A stretch of DNA of 64,000 nucleotides from Azolla caroliniana. Taxonomy: Eukaryota > Plantae > Polypodiophyta. A program made the position numbers and the translations under genes. Positions 1-12,590 of the stretch are shown piece after piece (positions within the stretch are counted from its first letter, which is position 1; the number at the start of each line of letters is the position of its first letter). The stretch is from assembly GCA_043228905.1 (NCBI GenBank), contig JBHGNT010000022.1, positions 248,001 to 312,000 on the forward strand, read 5' to 3'. Below the pieces are notes generated by a model. That model was not told the DNA's origin. It did not search any database and saw only the letters and a program-made list of their open reading frames with translations.

Positions 1-3000
1 TTACATCTTCTAACAAAAATTTACATACAGCTCTAGTTGTTTTTTGTCGTAGTGGTCTTCCTTCTACTTGGTTTGTAAGGTCTTCTCTTGCTAGTACTAA
101 ATATCGCATTTGACCTTCCCCAAGTGGCATTGTCACTAGATCGACCATCCATTTATAATGCATTGATGATGAATATGTTGGTTTTAGCTCATCTCGATAT
201 CGGATAGTTGAATACCTCTGGCAAACCTCACATGTTTCCACAAATTTCGTTACATCTTTATACATATGTGGCCACCAATACTTTTCTTTCAACTTCATAA
301 ATGTCGCCCATATGCCTCTATGTCCTGCCCACAAACTAACATGGAATTCATTAATTAATTTTCTCTTAACGTCATCCTTACAAATGACTCGAAGAGGATT
401 TTCGGTTGGCCTTTTTGGATGCCTCCATAAATGCCCTTCATGTAAAAAAAACTTGAATGCTCGTCTTCGAAATTCATTTAATTGTTTCTTCGACCATGAT
501 GGGTTGGCTTCTTGAGTCTTTAGAAAATTTCCTATTTCTAACCATTGACCTTCATACTCTGTGTCTTTGAACATTATACTTACATTAAACTCATCACGAG
601 GCGTAATAGATTCTTGATGAGCAAATTGATGGCTTGTAGTTGCCCAGTTCTTATCTTCAGTTTGCATCACCTTTTCATTTATGAACCTTGCCCTTGACAA
701 CATATCTGCAACTGGGTTGTCTTTTCCCTTTATATGCCGCAATTCTGGGTTCATGGTTCTGATGTATGCAATCCACCAAAGCATTGCAATATCTGGTGTC
801 GTGCAACTTGCTACCATTCCGATGAGTGGCAAACAATTTGTTTCAACCACAGCTTCTTCTGTTGTCAATTGCTGCCGAACAACAAAGATTTGCTCTGATA
901 CCAGTTGTTGATAACGAGTGCGATTTGCGGAAACGTGTATGGATTTGTTGTTGGTTCTGAATAACAAACAAAAAATAGAATAGGCGTGAACTTACATAGT
1001 GCAAGATCTACTGGAAAGCTTTATTACTTCGTTCTCACTCTCTCTTTGAGATACAATTCACAGTCAGTTCGACTTTGTATCACTCATCACTCTATACAAT
1101 GTTAGGTATTGTCTTATATACTAAGACCTAACTTATTGACGAGTTCGCACTCGGACGGATACTACTTGGAAGGAGTTGGCCTTTTATGCCAACATTACAT
1201 AGCATAACACTCGCTTAGCACAGTACAAATTGATGTTGCTTGGTGTCTGCATAAACTAGCTAAGGATGCCGACTAGATAGTTGAGGTCAGGCTAAGTAAT
1301 GGTGAGATAGAAGAGGCTTTTGACTAGCTGACGATAGAAAGTTGGCTCACACTCATCTATGGCGGAATTTGCATTGAACCTTAGATTTCGATCGAGAGGG
1401 GTAGCGATGGGCTTACACTCTATCATCCCAAACTTGAAGAGAAGATTCAGAATATAGTGTCATTGGGAGATCACGATGTTGGCTGGAGACCGAATTACTT
1501 CTATCCCTAGAAAGTAATGTAGCTTCTTTATATCTGTCATTTTGAATCAAGCCAAGAGTAGCTCCTTGGTATGTTCGATATCCCTAATGTGCTCTCCTCT
1601 AAAGACCAGTTCGTCCACATAAATTATGATGAATAATTGTCCTCTGGAGTCATTATGGATGAATAGAGTTGGACATTTTGAAGTCGATTTGGTGAAGATA
1701 TTGGGTTATCTTCGATGCCATGCTCTCAATGCTTGCTTGAGTTTGTAGACAGGCTTCTTGAGTCGACAAACAGTAGTCAGATGCGTACTCGACTTAAATC
1801 CAGGTGGTTGTACCATGTACACCTCTTCTAACTCACCTTGGAGAAAGGCATTCTTCAGGTCTATTTGGTGGAGGTGTCATCCTTTGGCTATTGCAAGCGC
1901 AATCACGGTTCAGATGGTTCTCATCTTTGCCACTAGGGTAAAGGTCTCTTCGTAATCGAACCTGTGCGCTTGCTCATAGCCCTTTGCCACAAGTTGGGCC
2001 TTATACCGATTGACAATGTTGTCGGTATTGTACTTCACCTTGTATATCCACTGGCACCGAATTGCCTTCTGGTAGGGTGAAGAGGGAATGAGATCCCATG
2101 TCTCATTTTTGGAGAGTGCTTGCATCTCCTCATTCATCGCTTCGACCCATCACGGGTCCTTCACAACTTCGGAAAAAGTTTCTGGTTGTCGGACTATCGC
2201 TACCTTCATCATGAATGCATAATTATATGCCATGTAGTCATTCTTAGCTACATTTTCTCCGAACAAGTAATCTCTATCTGTTTTTAATGTAGTAAGCAAA
2301 CCCCACAATTCTCGTTTAACTTGTGCATAATTTCTTTGTCTATCATTTAATATCTTTGCTCCAAACCTGATAGCATATCGATGTTGGTATTCATCTTCTT
2401 GGTTGATAACCAAACCGATCCCGGTTGGGTTAGTATCAACTGTTACTATAATTGGTCTTTCACCTTTGTAGTCTGGTTGACGAAGAACTGGTGCTTTCAA
2501 TAATGCTTCTTTCAGCTGTTGAACAACTTGTGTATGTTCATCAGTCCAAATAAACTTCTTCCCTTTTCTTAAAAGTTGGTAGAGAGGATCTGAGACATGT
2601 GCAAAGTGTGGTAACCAAATATGATAAAACACACATGCACCCAAAAATCTTCTCACCTCTGTTACCGAGTCGCAAACTTCCTTCATATTTTGTATTGCGT
2701 TAATTTTGATCGGTGACAGCTTCCTCCCATACTAGCCACACATATGACCAACTATCAGAACTTCGTTCTGCCCAAAGCTTGACTTTGTTCCTGATAGTGT
2801 CAAATGTACCTGCTCAAGCTTATTTTAAATACTTTCACAATCATTAATGTGATCCATCACAAACTTTCTGCAACCATTTCCAACCATAGTCTCATCTTTC
2901 TCTCTTTCTAAGCATCCCTTAATAGGAATATCATCTAAAAATGACATAGTTACCTTTGGGATGTATTCATGTAGAACTTTGTTCATTGCATTCATCATAT

Positions 3001-4480
3001 GAGCAACTGAATTCGTCGCACCTTGAGGTAGAGTGCACATTCGAACCAACCCAATTGGTGTTTTCATTGTTGTGATATTGCGACTATCAATTGCTAGTTG
3101 AAATTGGTCGTATCCTGAATATAGGTCTCCCACAGAGTAAATCGCTCTTCCAGCAAACGCTTCCGCAAATTCATCAATGATCGGTCTGATTCCCACATTT
3201 CGGATTGTGACTTTGTTGACTGGTTGTAGATCTTGAATGAATCTTAGAGAACCATCTTTCTTTGGAACTGTGAACCATCTATTGGAGTATGGTGCATTTG
3301 AAGGCTCTAAAATCTTCATCTTGACTTTATCCTTCAGCAGCTCCAACAATTGAGGTAATTGAGCTCTCGGTACTGCAATAGGTTTAAAATTCCAAGGAAT
3401 ATGAGGGATAGTAAATATTACCATTGGCATCACCACCTTCGGATCTACACAACCAATCTCCTCAACTTTGAATGCGAACGCTTTCCCATGCCTAAAGATC
3501 ATCTCTTTGAAAGTTGCGATCTCTGATTGCAGGAGAAATTCACCCCCTTCGATTCTCAAGTTATTTATTGTCTCCGAAGTGAAGTGCTGTCCGATCTTCT
3601 CTATTGGTCGAAGCATAGGCTCAGTTGCTGTTGCCTCCATCTTCTCTTCACTACCAATAGGTAATGGTACTGCAGTAGGTTTGACCTTTTTATCTATTGT
3701 TTTGTATTTTGTATTACATAAACTTTCTACTTCTTCATATTTACAATTATACCTATCAATCTCATAATACATATCAATTGAGTTTACATGTATCTTTCTA
3801 ACACTCTCATCATCTTCTTTCAAATACATTTCTAACTCTTCTAAAGTATTTGCAAAAGAAGTTTCTTCCATAACACTTTCAATCTGCTCTTCCATTTTAA
3901 GTACTCCATTATCCTTCAATGTCTGCTGAAACAGATTAGCATTCTTTTTCAAGCTCCTCTTGCATTCATACATCCTAGTCACACATATAGCACCACTTTC
4001 AGAAACATGAAATGACTTATTCATATGTTGTAATGCCCTATATGAGGTTCTTTTAATAATGGGACTATTGCAACCCTCACTCACAACAGTCCTAGTCAAA
4101 AACTTGATTATCAAAATCATCACAGTCTTTTGGTATTGAATGATTACGAAGCTCTTGCTTGTTCCTCTCATGATTTGGGCGAACTGTCATAAATTGTACA
4201 ATTCGTCGTTCATCTTGGCTACGGATTTTCGCATAGGCAGAACCATTGTCGAGGACTTTGGTCTCCATCCGTACTGTTGTAATGTACGGTTGCCCCAGGA
4301 TTATTGGATAGGTAGATCCTTCCTGCACAAAGAAATTGATCTACCTCTATATCACCAATAGTAACCTTTACATTTGGGCATGCACCAAATAAATCCTCCG
4401 CGACTGATGTGGCAGCTTTTACTCGCCAACCATGTTGAGTATCACAGGGTTTGGAACATTTCCAATCTTCACATGATGCT
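1..4480 (-). pseudogene. pol: Gypsy pol (protease-RT-RNase H-integrase), with stops/frameshifts and a 1.4-kb insertion at 851-2248
   Basis: ORFs 2825-4171 and 2150-2686. The RNase H frame GENV|VVETNCLPLIG resumes across the insertion. Confidence 0.85.
851..2248 (-). repeat. Inverted copy of 45293-46680 (Copia RT fragment + TGTAA TSD + 5' LTR and PBS of the 46337 Copia), inserted into the Gypsy pol
   Basis: ORF 1910-2137(-) matches ORF 45401-45628(+) except for one residue. LTR ends TGTTGGCATAAAAGG...TTATCAACA and PBS TGGTATCAGAGC are present in reverse complement at ~890-1195. Confidence 0.95.
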
Positions 4481-4496
4481 CATTAGTGGCTCTTGC

Positions 4497-6120
4497 TCAA
4501 CATTTGCGAGAGTAATGGCTTCTTACATCTGTTGAATTTATCATTGAGGTTGATGCATGTTGAGAGTCAACAACGATATTGTTTGACTCGTTGCTCACCA
4601 CTTCATATGCCACCTTCGGATTTGTCTCTTTAACCTGCTCATTTACTTGCTTCTTTCTTCGCACAATATCAATTATTTCATCATGAAATTCCTTTTTTGC
4701 AATACCTAACACTTCTCTTAGTGTAAATTCTACTCGACTGTCTAGTATTCTTGTTTCTAAAACTTTCTTTAAATCTGTATCTTTTTCAATATCAGACATT
4801 AATTTGAATGAAGGACCAGATTTACCTTTTTCGACCTTTGCATCCATCTCTTTTCTTTTGCTTTCTCTTGTCTCATGCTTTTTTGTTGAGCCAATCTCAT
4901 CATCCGTCCTTTTCCTTTTTTCTTCCACTATCACCTCATGCTCTTGGTGTTCTGCCATTTGAGCACAGACCATCATAGCATCTACTGGAACATCCCATCC
5001 AGTGTTTTTCCTTACAGAATCTCCGGCAACACGAAGGTCTTCCATCTTCATCTTTTGCTTTTGTGTGGTACTTACAACCTTCTCCTAGAATGATGATCAA
5101 GATGGCATGTCATCGAGGCACATTCCTGCCGTTGCCGAGTAGTACATTGCGGAAGCCTTCTTTGCTTCAGCTTCTTCAAATTTAACCTTAACACCACCAT
5201 CACCAAAGTTCTTTGTAAGTGGACTTCTAGTTTCAGTTAAATAAATGTTACCATTTTTCCAATACACCAAGTCTCGATTTTCCATGCCTTTATATTCCGC
5301 ACAATCACGTAATCGATGTTCGAGACTATCACACCACATGCATCGAGGTCAAAATGGTTCCCTTGACCTCAAAGTCTGACCATTCTCAAGCTTTGCCACT
5401 TTAATTGTTAGATCTTTCATACTTTGAACTAAATCATCAAGCAAAGACTCACTCTTAGTTTCGATCATTTCTCGTGGTTGATGGACCATTTCGTGTGATG
5501 GTTCTCAACCAAGTCTTTGAACTTCAATGTTTTGCTCAAGCCGATTTGTGATTCCCACATGTGGTATTTGTAGCATTACACCATTTCTTTGCATTCTTTT
5601 CATAAATTTATTACAAGCATTTGGTACCTCATTCCAATATGTCGTTATACCATCCTCGGTATTTGGCACTTCAAGCATAAATTCCAAATCTTTTCTATAT
5701 CTCTTGTCAACTGCCTGCAAAAATAAAGTAACCTTTTGCGAAGACAAAGAATTTCTTTCTTCTGGCTTTAAGTGTCCATACATCCTATCAAACTCTTTTT
5801 TTGTGTCAGCCATAGATAACCCTTTATCTTCTTTTAAGATCCATTCATGAAATGAACGCATTGTAACTCGAGAGAAATCCTCACGAGCATATTCAGACAC
5901 AAGTGCTTCTTTGAATGCATTCCAATCCAAACTATGCAATGCTTGTATTTCATGAATTCTATCTCTTAATTCCATGTCCACTAATTTATAAAAGTTTGCT
6001 ATCATATTGACATCATTTATACCAAACATTTCCATTTCATCATAATAAATATTCACATACTTCGAAATATTTGTGCCATCAAACATACCAATCTTCTCTC
6101 GGACTTCTCGTAAGGCATGA
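4497..6120 (-). pseudogene. gag: Gypsy gag, fragmented
   Basis: ORFs 5505-6086, 5097-5339 and 4497-5051; similar to the Gag at 37397-39334 and the remnant at 7206-8500. Confidence 0.8.
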
Positions 6121-6721
6121 AATAATCAATCTGGATTCAACTTTTCAATAAACGTCGTTGTAAGAGTTATTTGATGAAAGAGTTACAAAAGTGGTTGTAA
6201 GCGTCGTTGATCCTTCAAACTTGGTCTCACAAGATAATCACTCTTCTTTTTCTTGATAGTAGGCCACAACAATCTTCACTTCAATATTTTGATGAAGATA
6301 GGGCTCGAACCGCCTCCCTCTTGTTGAGAGTTGACCACCACGATCGCCAAGCTAGAGCTCCACCTTTATGTTGAACTTCTTCCTTTCTTTCTCTATTTTA
6401 TTGTATCTCTTATTTAATATATATTTGATTGATATCTCATACTTCTTCCCTTTTGATCTTCTCTTTTACCCTTTAAATAGGTGCCCCCATGCATATGATG
6501 CATTGGAGGGTACAAGACATGCATGTGATGCATGATCGCCATTTGGCATTCATGCATTACATGTGATGCATGATAAACATCTCGCTCATTTGAGCTTTTA
6601 TGTATGAAACAATATATGCAGTAACAATAAACATGAAAATATAACTTTAAAGAGAAAGGACCTAGCCTAATGGTAGTTATGTTGACTTTGGTGTATGAGG
6701 TTGTGGGTTTGAGTCTCAACA

Positions 6722-6877
6722 TACAACTTTATTTTTATATCATGAAGCAAATCGTTTATGTAATATAAAGTACGCTTTACTTTATGTATATTACTAGTAT
6801 AGAGTAAATGGTAAGATTTGAGAGTCATGGGGTTATTGGTTCAAGTCCTCTCTTGTTCGTGGAATATAATATATTTA

Positions 6878-6912
<35 letters not shown>

Positions 6913-7050
6913 TTTCTTTACATATATATCTAATATTATCATATGTGTTGTTAATATTATCTTTATATATAAAACATTATCAAATGTTATTTTAGTTACG
7001 TATTTATCTTATTGTAGACTTTTAACGTGAAGCTTTCGTACTTCACGACA
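6722..7050. mobile_element. Gypsy LTR fragment (ends ...CTTCACGACA) with a (TA)n tract
   Basis: Terminal ACGACA and tRNA-like boxes are laid out as in the LTRs at 36576-37444; (TA)n at ~6879-6908. Confidence 0.5.
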
Positions 7051-7079
7051 ACGTGGCATCTTTGTTGAGCCTGATGGAA

Positions 7080-8760
7080 AAGGGTTGCAAGGGAAGGTAA
7101 TGATGGAGGGAGAAGACTTGATAACCAGGATGACCACTACGATGGATCACATGTTCTGAGAAATGACAACATGGCCAAACTAGATAAAGCCATAAAGTTG
7201 CCCATATGGAAATCTCACGCTTTGTGGAAACTTACAAACCCAAGATGCTTATGAGAGATATACTAGAGGCGAGGCAATTAAGTAGTTTCACAAGGATCAT
7301 AACGTTGAGCCTCCACGTGGAGGTGCTCAAGTTGCAAGCGGAAAGTTGCGATTGTGAGGAGTTTGAGAGAGGATTGTTGGAAGTGTTCAACTTTCGTAAC
7401 TCTTCGAAAATGACAAAGAAGAACTTCATGGATTGGGTCAAGTCACCTGGAAAGATGATGAGAATCTCCACAACATTTTAAGTGTTTGAGGAATGGTTTC
7501 TCTCGATAACAGAGAGTCCTACTATTCATAATGATGGTGGATGCCAAAGATAGGAAGGAGTTAGGCCTCCTACTCGAGAATGACGAAGGGCTTTCCTCGA
7601 ATAAGTTTGCCATAAAAAGGGTGTGTATTGGTGGTAATGGGATGATGAAGCCTTGTCAAGCAGCGAAATCTTATGACACAAAGGTCATCAAAATGGAAGA
7701 AAGGAGGGTTGACCCAAGTGAGGAACGTAGTGGAAAGCTCGATTGGAGGCATGACAATTGATGAACTAACGAAAATGGCGCAAGACCTCAATATAGCCAA
7801 GTGATGATGGATAATACAACTTCTTCTCAAGTCTGGGGCCTACATTTGTAAAAAGGTGTATGCAAACATGACCTGAACCACCAACGGAGGGATTAGAGAG
7901 AGTTTGAAGGAGCCATGTTCCAACATATTGTTTATTTTGTAGGGAATAGGATCCACTCATTAGAAATTAGATGACCATTGGAGACGAACTTTGGCTGAGG
8001 AGGAATGAAGAGACTCACAAAGGAAGCCAAGAGGAGAAATATCTAACCATCCCCTACTCACAAAAAAGAGGCCATGTTTTGGTCATACAAAGGGGAAGCT
8101 TTGAAAGGATGAAGTGGAGAAGGTTGAGAAGAGGGTCAATGAAGCAAGGGGGTGGAAAGATATGATGGAGGAGAAGATGGGTTTGATCAAATTTGCCTGC
8201 CAGAACTACGAGGTTCTTGTTATAGAGAAGAATTTAAGGAAGGACGAGGGAGTGGCACCCTTGAAGAAATACAACACTCAAGACACCAGGAGAAGGGAAG
8301 ATCCGCTCCCAAAATAAACAAAAAGTGAGAGGGGAAAAGAGAAAGGTGGACCAACCTTCAAGCTCTACTCTAAGATAGAGAAAACGATGGACCTCAAGTT
8401 GGGGATGGAGGAGAGGATCCTTGATAGTCTCATGGAATTCACTCTACTAGAAATCCTCCATATACCCAAATGAGAATTGGACATAATGTTATCGCAGAAT
8501 TGATGAAGAGAAAGCACCTCTCAACGAAGATGGAAGGAATGAATCCATAAGGGTGAATATGTTAATAATGGATGGGTTCGGTGTAGAAGAAGACTACTTG
8601 GATAGCCACTATGCGAGGCATCATTGGGCAAGAGCAACAACGGAAACCGTGTTGTGAATTAAGAATGTCAAAGAGCGAGTGGTAGCTTTGATAGACCATG
8701 GATTAGAGATTAACTTGATTTCCATGGACTTCTACAAAAAGGAAAGATGGCCGATCAACA
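7080..8760 (+). pseudogene. Highly degenerate Gypsy gag-protease fragment
   Basis: MEISRFVETYKPKMLMRDILEARQLSSF (Gag) and ALIDHGLEINLIS (protease-like DxG); joins abruptly to Copia integrase sequence at ~8760. Confidence 0.7.
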
Positions 8761-11470
8761 TTTTCTTGGGGTATAGAGAAGATGCATTCGACTATATGTT
8801 GTGCGACCTGATAAACAAGAAGGTCATCAGGAGTCAGGACATAATCTTCATGGAAGAGAAGACTATAAAAGACAAGGAGTTGGAAAAGGCAAGTATAGCT
8901 TCCCAACATGCCAGATTCAGACCATCCGGAAGAGAGCCGACTAGATGAGGACAAGGATTCAGATTAGTCGGAATGCATCTGGTTGGACGCGGACAAGAGA
9001 TCGGATCTGGAGCCGGATCGCATGGATCCAGACAAGAGACCGGATCGGGGGCCGGATTGACCAAAAGGCATCCGGAAACTAGATCCATATGGGGATCCTA
9101 ATCGGATTTGGACGAAGAGTTGACAAATGAGAACCAAGGCAAGAGATACCCCTTCAGGAACAGAAGCCCTAGATTTTTATTCCATGAAGGGGAGCCGGAA
9201 ATCTTCAAGGAAGCTAAAAGAGATGCCCAAGACAAAGACTAGTTGCATGCCATGCAAGATGAGATGGATCCCTTGCATGAGAACTACACGTATGAATTGA
9301 TCAATTTTCGAGAAGGTAAGAAGGCATTCCAAATTGAAGTCGGGAAAAGGTGGCAATCCACCCAAGTACAAAGCCCACATTGTGGTGAAGGGTTTCCAAT
9401 AGAAAAAGGATGTGGATTTCGACGAAATATTTGCCCCGGTAGTGAAAATGACACGATCTATCAAAAGATAATAAAGTAGTAGTTCAAATAAAATAATATT
9501 GTGAAGTCAACTTTTGTAATAAATGATGAAATGATAAAAAGTTAGAAGCGTTTTTTCAAAAGTAGAAAAAAAATAGATGGAAAAAAAAGTTAAGCGTGGA
9601 TATGAGGAGCAAGGTAGAGAAACAAGCTCATAATTTCCTCGTTCGATGTCCAAATTAGAAAAGAAAAGATTCATAAGAAAGCTAACATGAAGAGATTTAC
9701 AAAAATATCTTGTAAGTGAAAAGTAAGATTACAAAAGAGAAATAGTGATGAAAAGAAAACTCAATTCATATAGACAAAGTTTTTTATTTTGGGGAAAAAA
9801 AAGCAAGGAATAAAAAACCTATAGAAAAGAGGTTATTCTTAGGAAGAAGGGATATATAGAAAAAAAATCATGTAACAAAATAGGTCCATTATATTGATGA
9901 TTTAGTAATAAAAAACTTTCCATGTTTCCCCTCTCATGCTCTCTTTCTTTAACTTTGTTTATGTATAAGTATAATTAAGTGTTATTCATACTCTCTACGT
10001 CTTAGTGTTCTTACTCATAAGCATAATTAAGTATTATTCAATCCCTCATAATCTCTTACTCAAATATTTTCTTGTGCATAACTATAATTAAGTATTAATT
10101 AACCTCTCATGAATACTATCTTACTCTTGTTGGAGGGAAATATCTCGTATTAAAATTTAAAAGTGCATAAATCATTTAGCCCAAATCCTTTTGGTCTAAA
10201 ACCCTAGTAGTTCCGCCTCACGATCCGCACATACTAGCGGATTTTCACGACAATGGTGTTGAGCATTGCAGCTAGCATGGACTTATAAGTCAAACAGTTG
10301 GATGTCAAAACAACTTTTTTGCATGGAGATTTGGAGGAAGAAATCTACATGCATCAGTCGGACGGAAAAGAAAACCTAGTATGATGGGTAAGGAAAAACT
10401 TGTATGGGTTGAAGCAAGCACCTCGGCAATGGTACTGGAAATTCGAATCCTTCATGGTAGATCACGACTTCAGCAAGACACATGCTGATCATTGTGTCTT
10501 TATGAAGAAATATAATGGAGGAGACTTTCTCATCCTCTTGTTGTATGTTGACGACATGTTGATTGTCGGACAGGGTTTGAAGAAGATTGCAAGTTTGAAA
10601 AAGGCTTTGAGCAAGTTGTTTGTAATGAAGGATATGGGTTCGGCAAAGCAGATTCTGGGAATGCACATTGTCTAAGATAGGACAAAGAAGTTGTGGTTGT
10701 CACAAGAAAAATATGCGACAAAGATGCTCCAGACTAATAAACTACAAGTTATCCGGAAACCAATGTCCAAAGACAAAAGCTGAGAAAGCTAAGATGAACA
10801 AGATGTTGTATGTCTCAGCTGTCGGAAGCCTGATGTATGCAATGGTGTGTGCCAGGTCGGACATAGCGTACGTTGTCGGAGTGGTCAGCCGGTTCATGAG
10901 CAATCTCAACAAGGACCATTGGGAGAAGATCAGGTGGATACTTCGGTACCTGAGATGGACCTCAAGCATAGGTAACCCCATGTTGGAAGGGTTCACGGAT
11001 TTCGACATGTCGGCTAATGCAAATACCAGTTGGTCCACATCCAGATACATGGTGATGTTTGCAGGGGGAGCCGTCTCATGGTAGTCGAGGTTGCAGAAGG
11101 TTGTGGCTCTATCAACCACAAAAGTGGAGTATATGGCTGTTGTTGAAGCTGGCAAGGAAATCATTTGCATGAGGGATTTTACCAGTTAGTGGGGAATGTA
11201 TCAGGAACACTTCCAATTACACTATGACAATCAAAGTCCGCCATCCACCTTGCTAAGAATCCTGCCTACCACTCAAGAACTAAGCACATCCAGTGGAGAT
11301 ATCATTGGCTTAGAGAGAGGGTAGAAGAAAGGGATTGCACAATGGTAAATATCCATACAGACGACAATGGATCAAACATGCGGTGTTGTCAATAGACAAA
11401 TTGAATTCATACTGATAGAGAGTAGGTCTGCTGAATTACCCCATCCATGAGTGAAAGGGGAGTTGTTTGG
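8760..11470 (+). mobile_element. Degenerate Tnt1-like Copia 3' half (INT end, RT, RNase H, PPT), related to the 23583 element
   Basis: YGLKQAPRQWY, LLYVDDMLI, AGGAVSW; PPT GTGAAAGGGGAG at ~11451, homologous to 28280. Confidence 0.85.
9455..10252 (+). mobile_element. Truncated AT-rich Gypsy LTR inserted into the Copia RT
   Basis: Interrupts VVKMT|...VLSIAAS and ends TTTTCACGACA. The reverse complement of its end (GGAACTACTAGGGTTTTAGACC) resembles the LTR end at 36576. Confidence 0.65.
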
Positions 11471-11917
11471 GACAACTAGTCCTTCTAGATAGGATGAGTT
11501 AGGGAGCTGAATCAGATGAAGTTCGATGTCAAATAGACTAGACCGAATACAGGAGTGAGATGGCCATCCAAAAGCCGAAGACCAGTCCGAACGAACCTTT
11601 CGGCGACCGAAAGTTGTGTTTGAAGGGGCGTGTTGAGAATCAAACTCGACCTCCCTAGTGTGGGACCACACCTTAGCATATTCAAGTGTGTGAACACCCC
11701 ACCTCCTAATATAGTAACTAGTGTGCCATAGAACCTTAAAGTTCTATGACACATAGTTAGTGTAGTTAAGTCTCTGCCTCTCTTTAGTAAGTGGTGACCG
11801 TTGTAGAAAGAGAATATAGAGAGAAGGTGACTACATAAGCACCTTTCTCCTCCTCCTTGTAACAATTTGTTGTCTTATTCTTGTTAATACAGTTTTTCTT
11901 GTTTTTCTATATAACTC

Positions 11918-11965
<48 letters not shown>

Positions 11966-12145
11966 GACTACGCACACACATATACACACACCTTCCGTTG
12001 CACAAAATCACTCTGGATTCTTTACATGGTATCATAGCACTTGGTAGCCTAATCCAAAGCCTATCCGTATGTCTTGTGTCTAAGCCTACATTCACGAAGA
12101 ACCGGATGATCGCTGTAGCGGCAACCTGCACAACTCGTATCAAGA

Positions 12146-12590
12146 GAAGAAGAAGAAGAAAACTCCCTCCATACAAATCGATCAATATGAATACTCAAAT
12201 GGGAAGCATTCTTCCCACTGAGAAACTCAACCGAAATAACTTTTCATCTTGGGAGTACATGGTGCACCAATACCTTGTCGGCCAATGTATTGGGGTTATA
12301 TCGATCAATATGAATACTCAAATGGGAAGCATTCTTCCCACTGAGAAACTCAACCGAAATAACTTTTCATCTTGGGAGTACATGGTGCACCAATACCTTG
12401 TCAGCCAATGTATTGGGGTTACATCGAGGGAAGAAGAAGAAGAAAACTCCCTCCATACAAATCGATCAATATGAATACTCAAATGGGAAGCATTCTTCCC
12501 ACTGAGAAACTCAACCGAAATAACTTTTCATCTTGGGAGTACATGGTGCACCAATACCTTGTCGGCCAATGTATTGGGGTTACATCGAGG
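12146..12590 (+). repeat. Tandem triplication (~120-170 bp units) of the gag start
   Basis: MNTQMGSILPTEKLNRNNFSSWEYMVHQYLV-encoding sequence occurs three times. Confidence 0.95.

Larger units (their letters stand above)
1..6721 (-). mobile_element. Ty3/Gypsy LTR retrotransposon, degenerate; 5' LTR ~6369-6721, gag-pro-RT-RH-INT running off the left edge
   Basis: Minus-strand ORFs: Gag (5505-6086, MFDGTNISKY), Zn knuckle (WCDSLEHRLRDC), RT (DLYSGYDQF, LPQGATNS, FLDD), RNase H (VTVDTNPTGIG, ELWGL) and integrase Zn-finger (YWWPHMYKDV..CEVC) near 1-330. Putative LTR bounded by TGTTGA...TCAACA. Confidence 0.9.
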
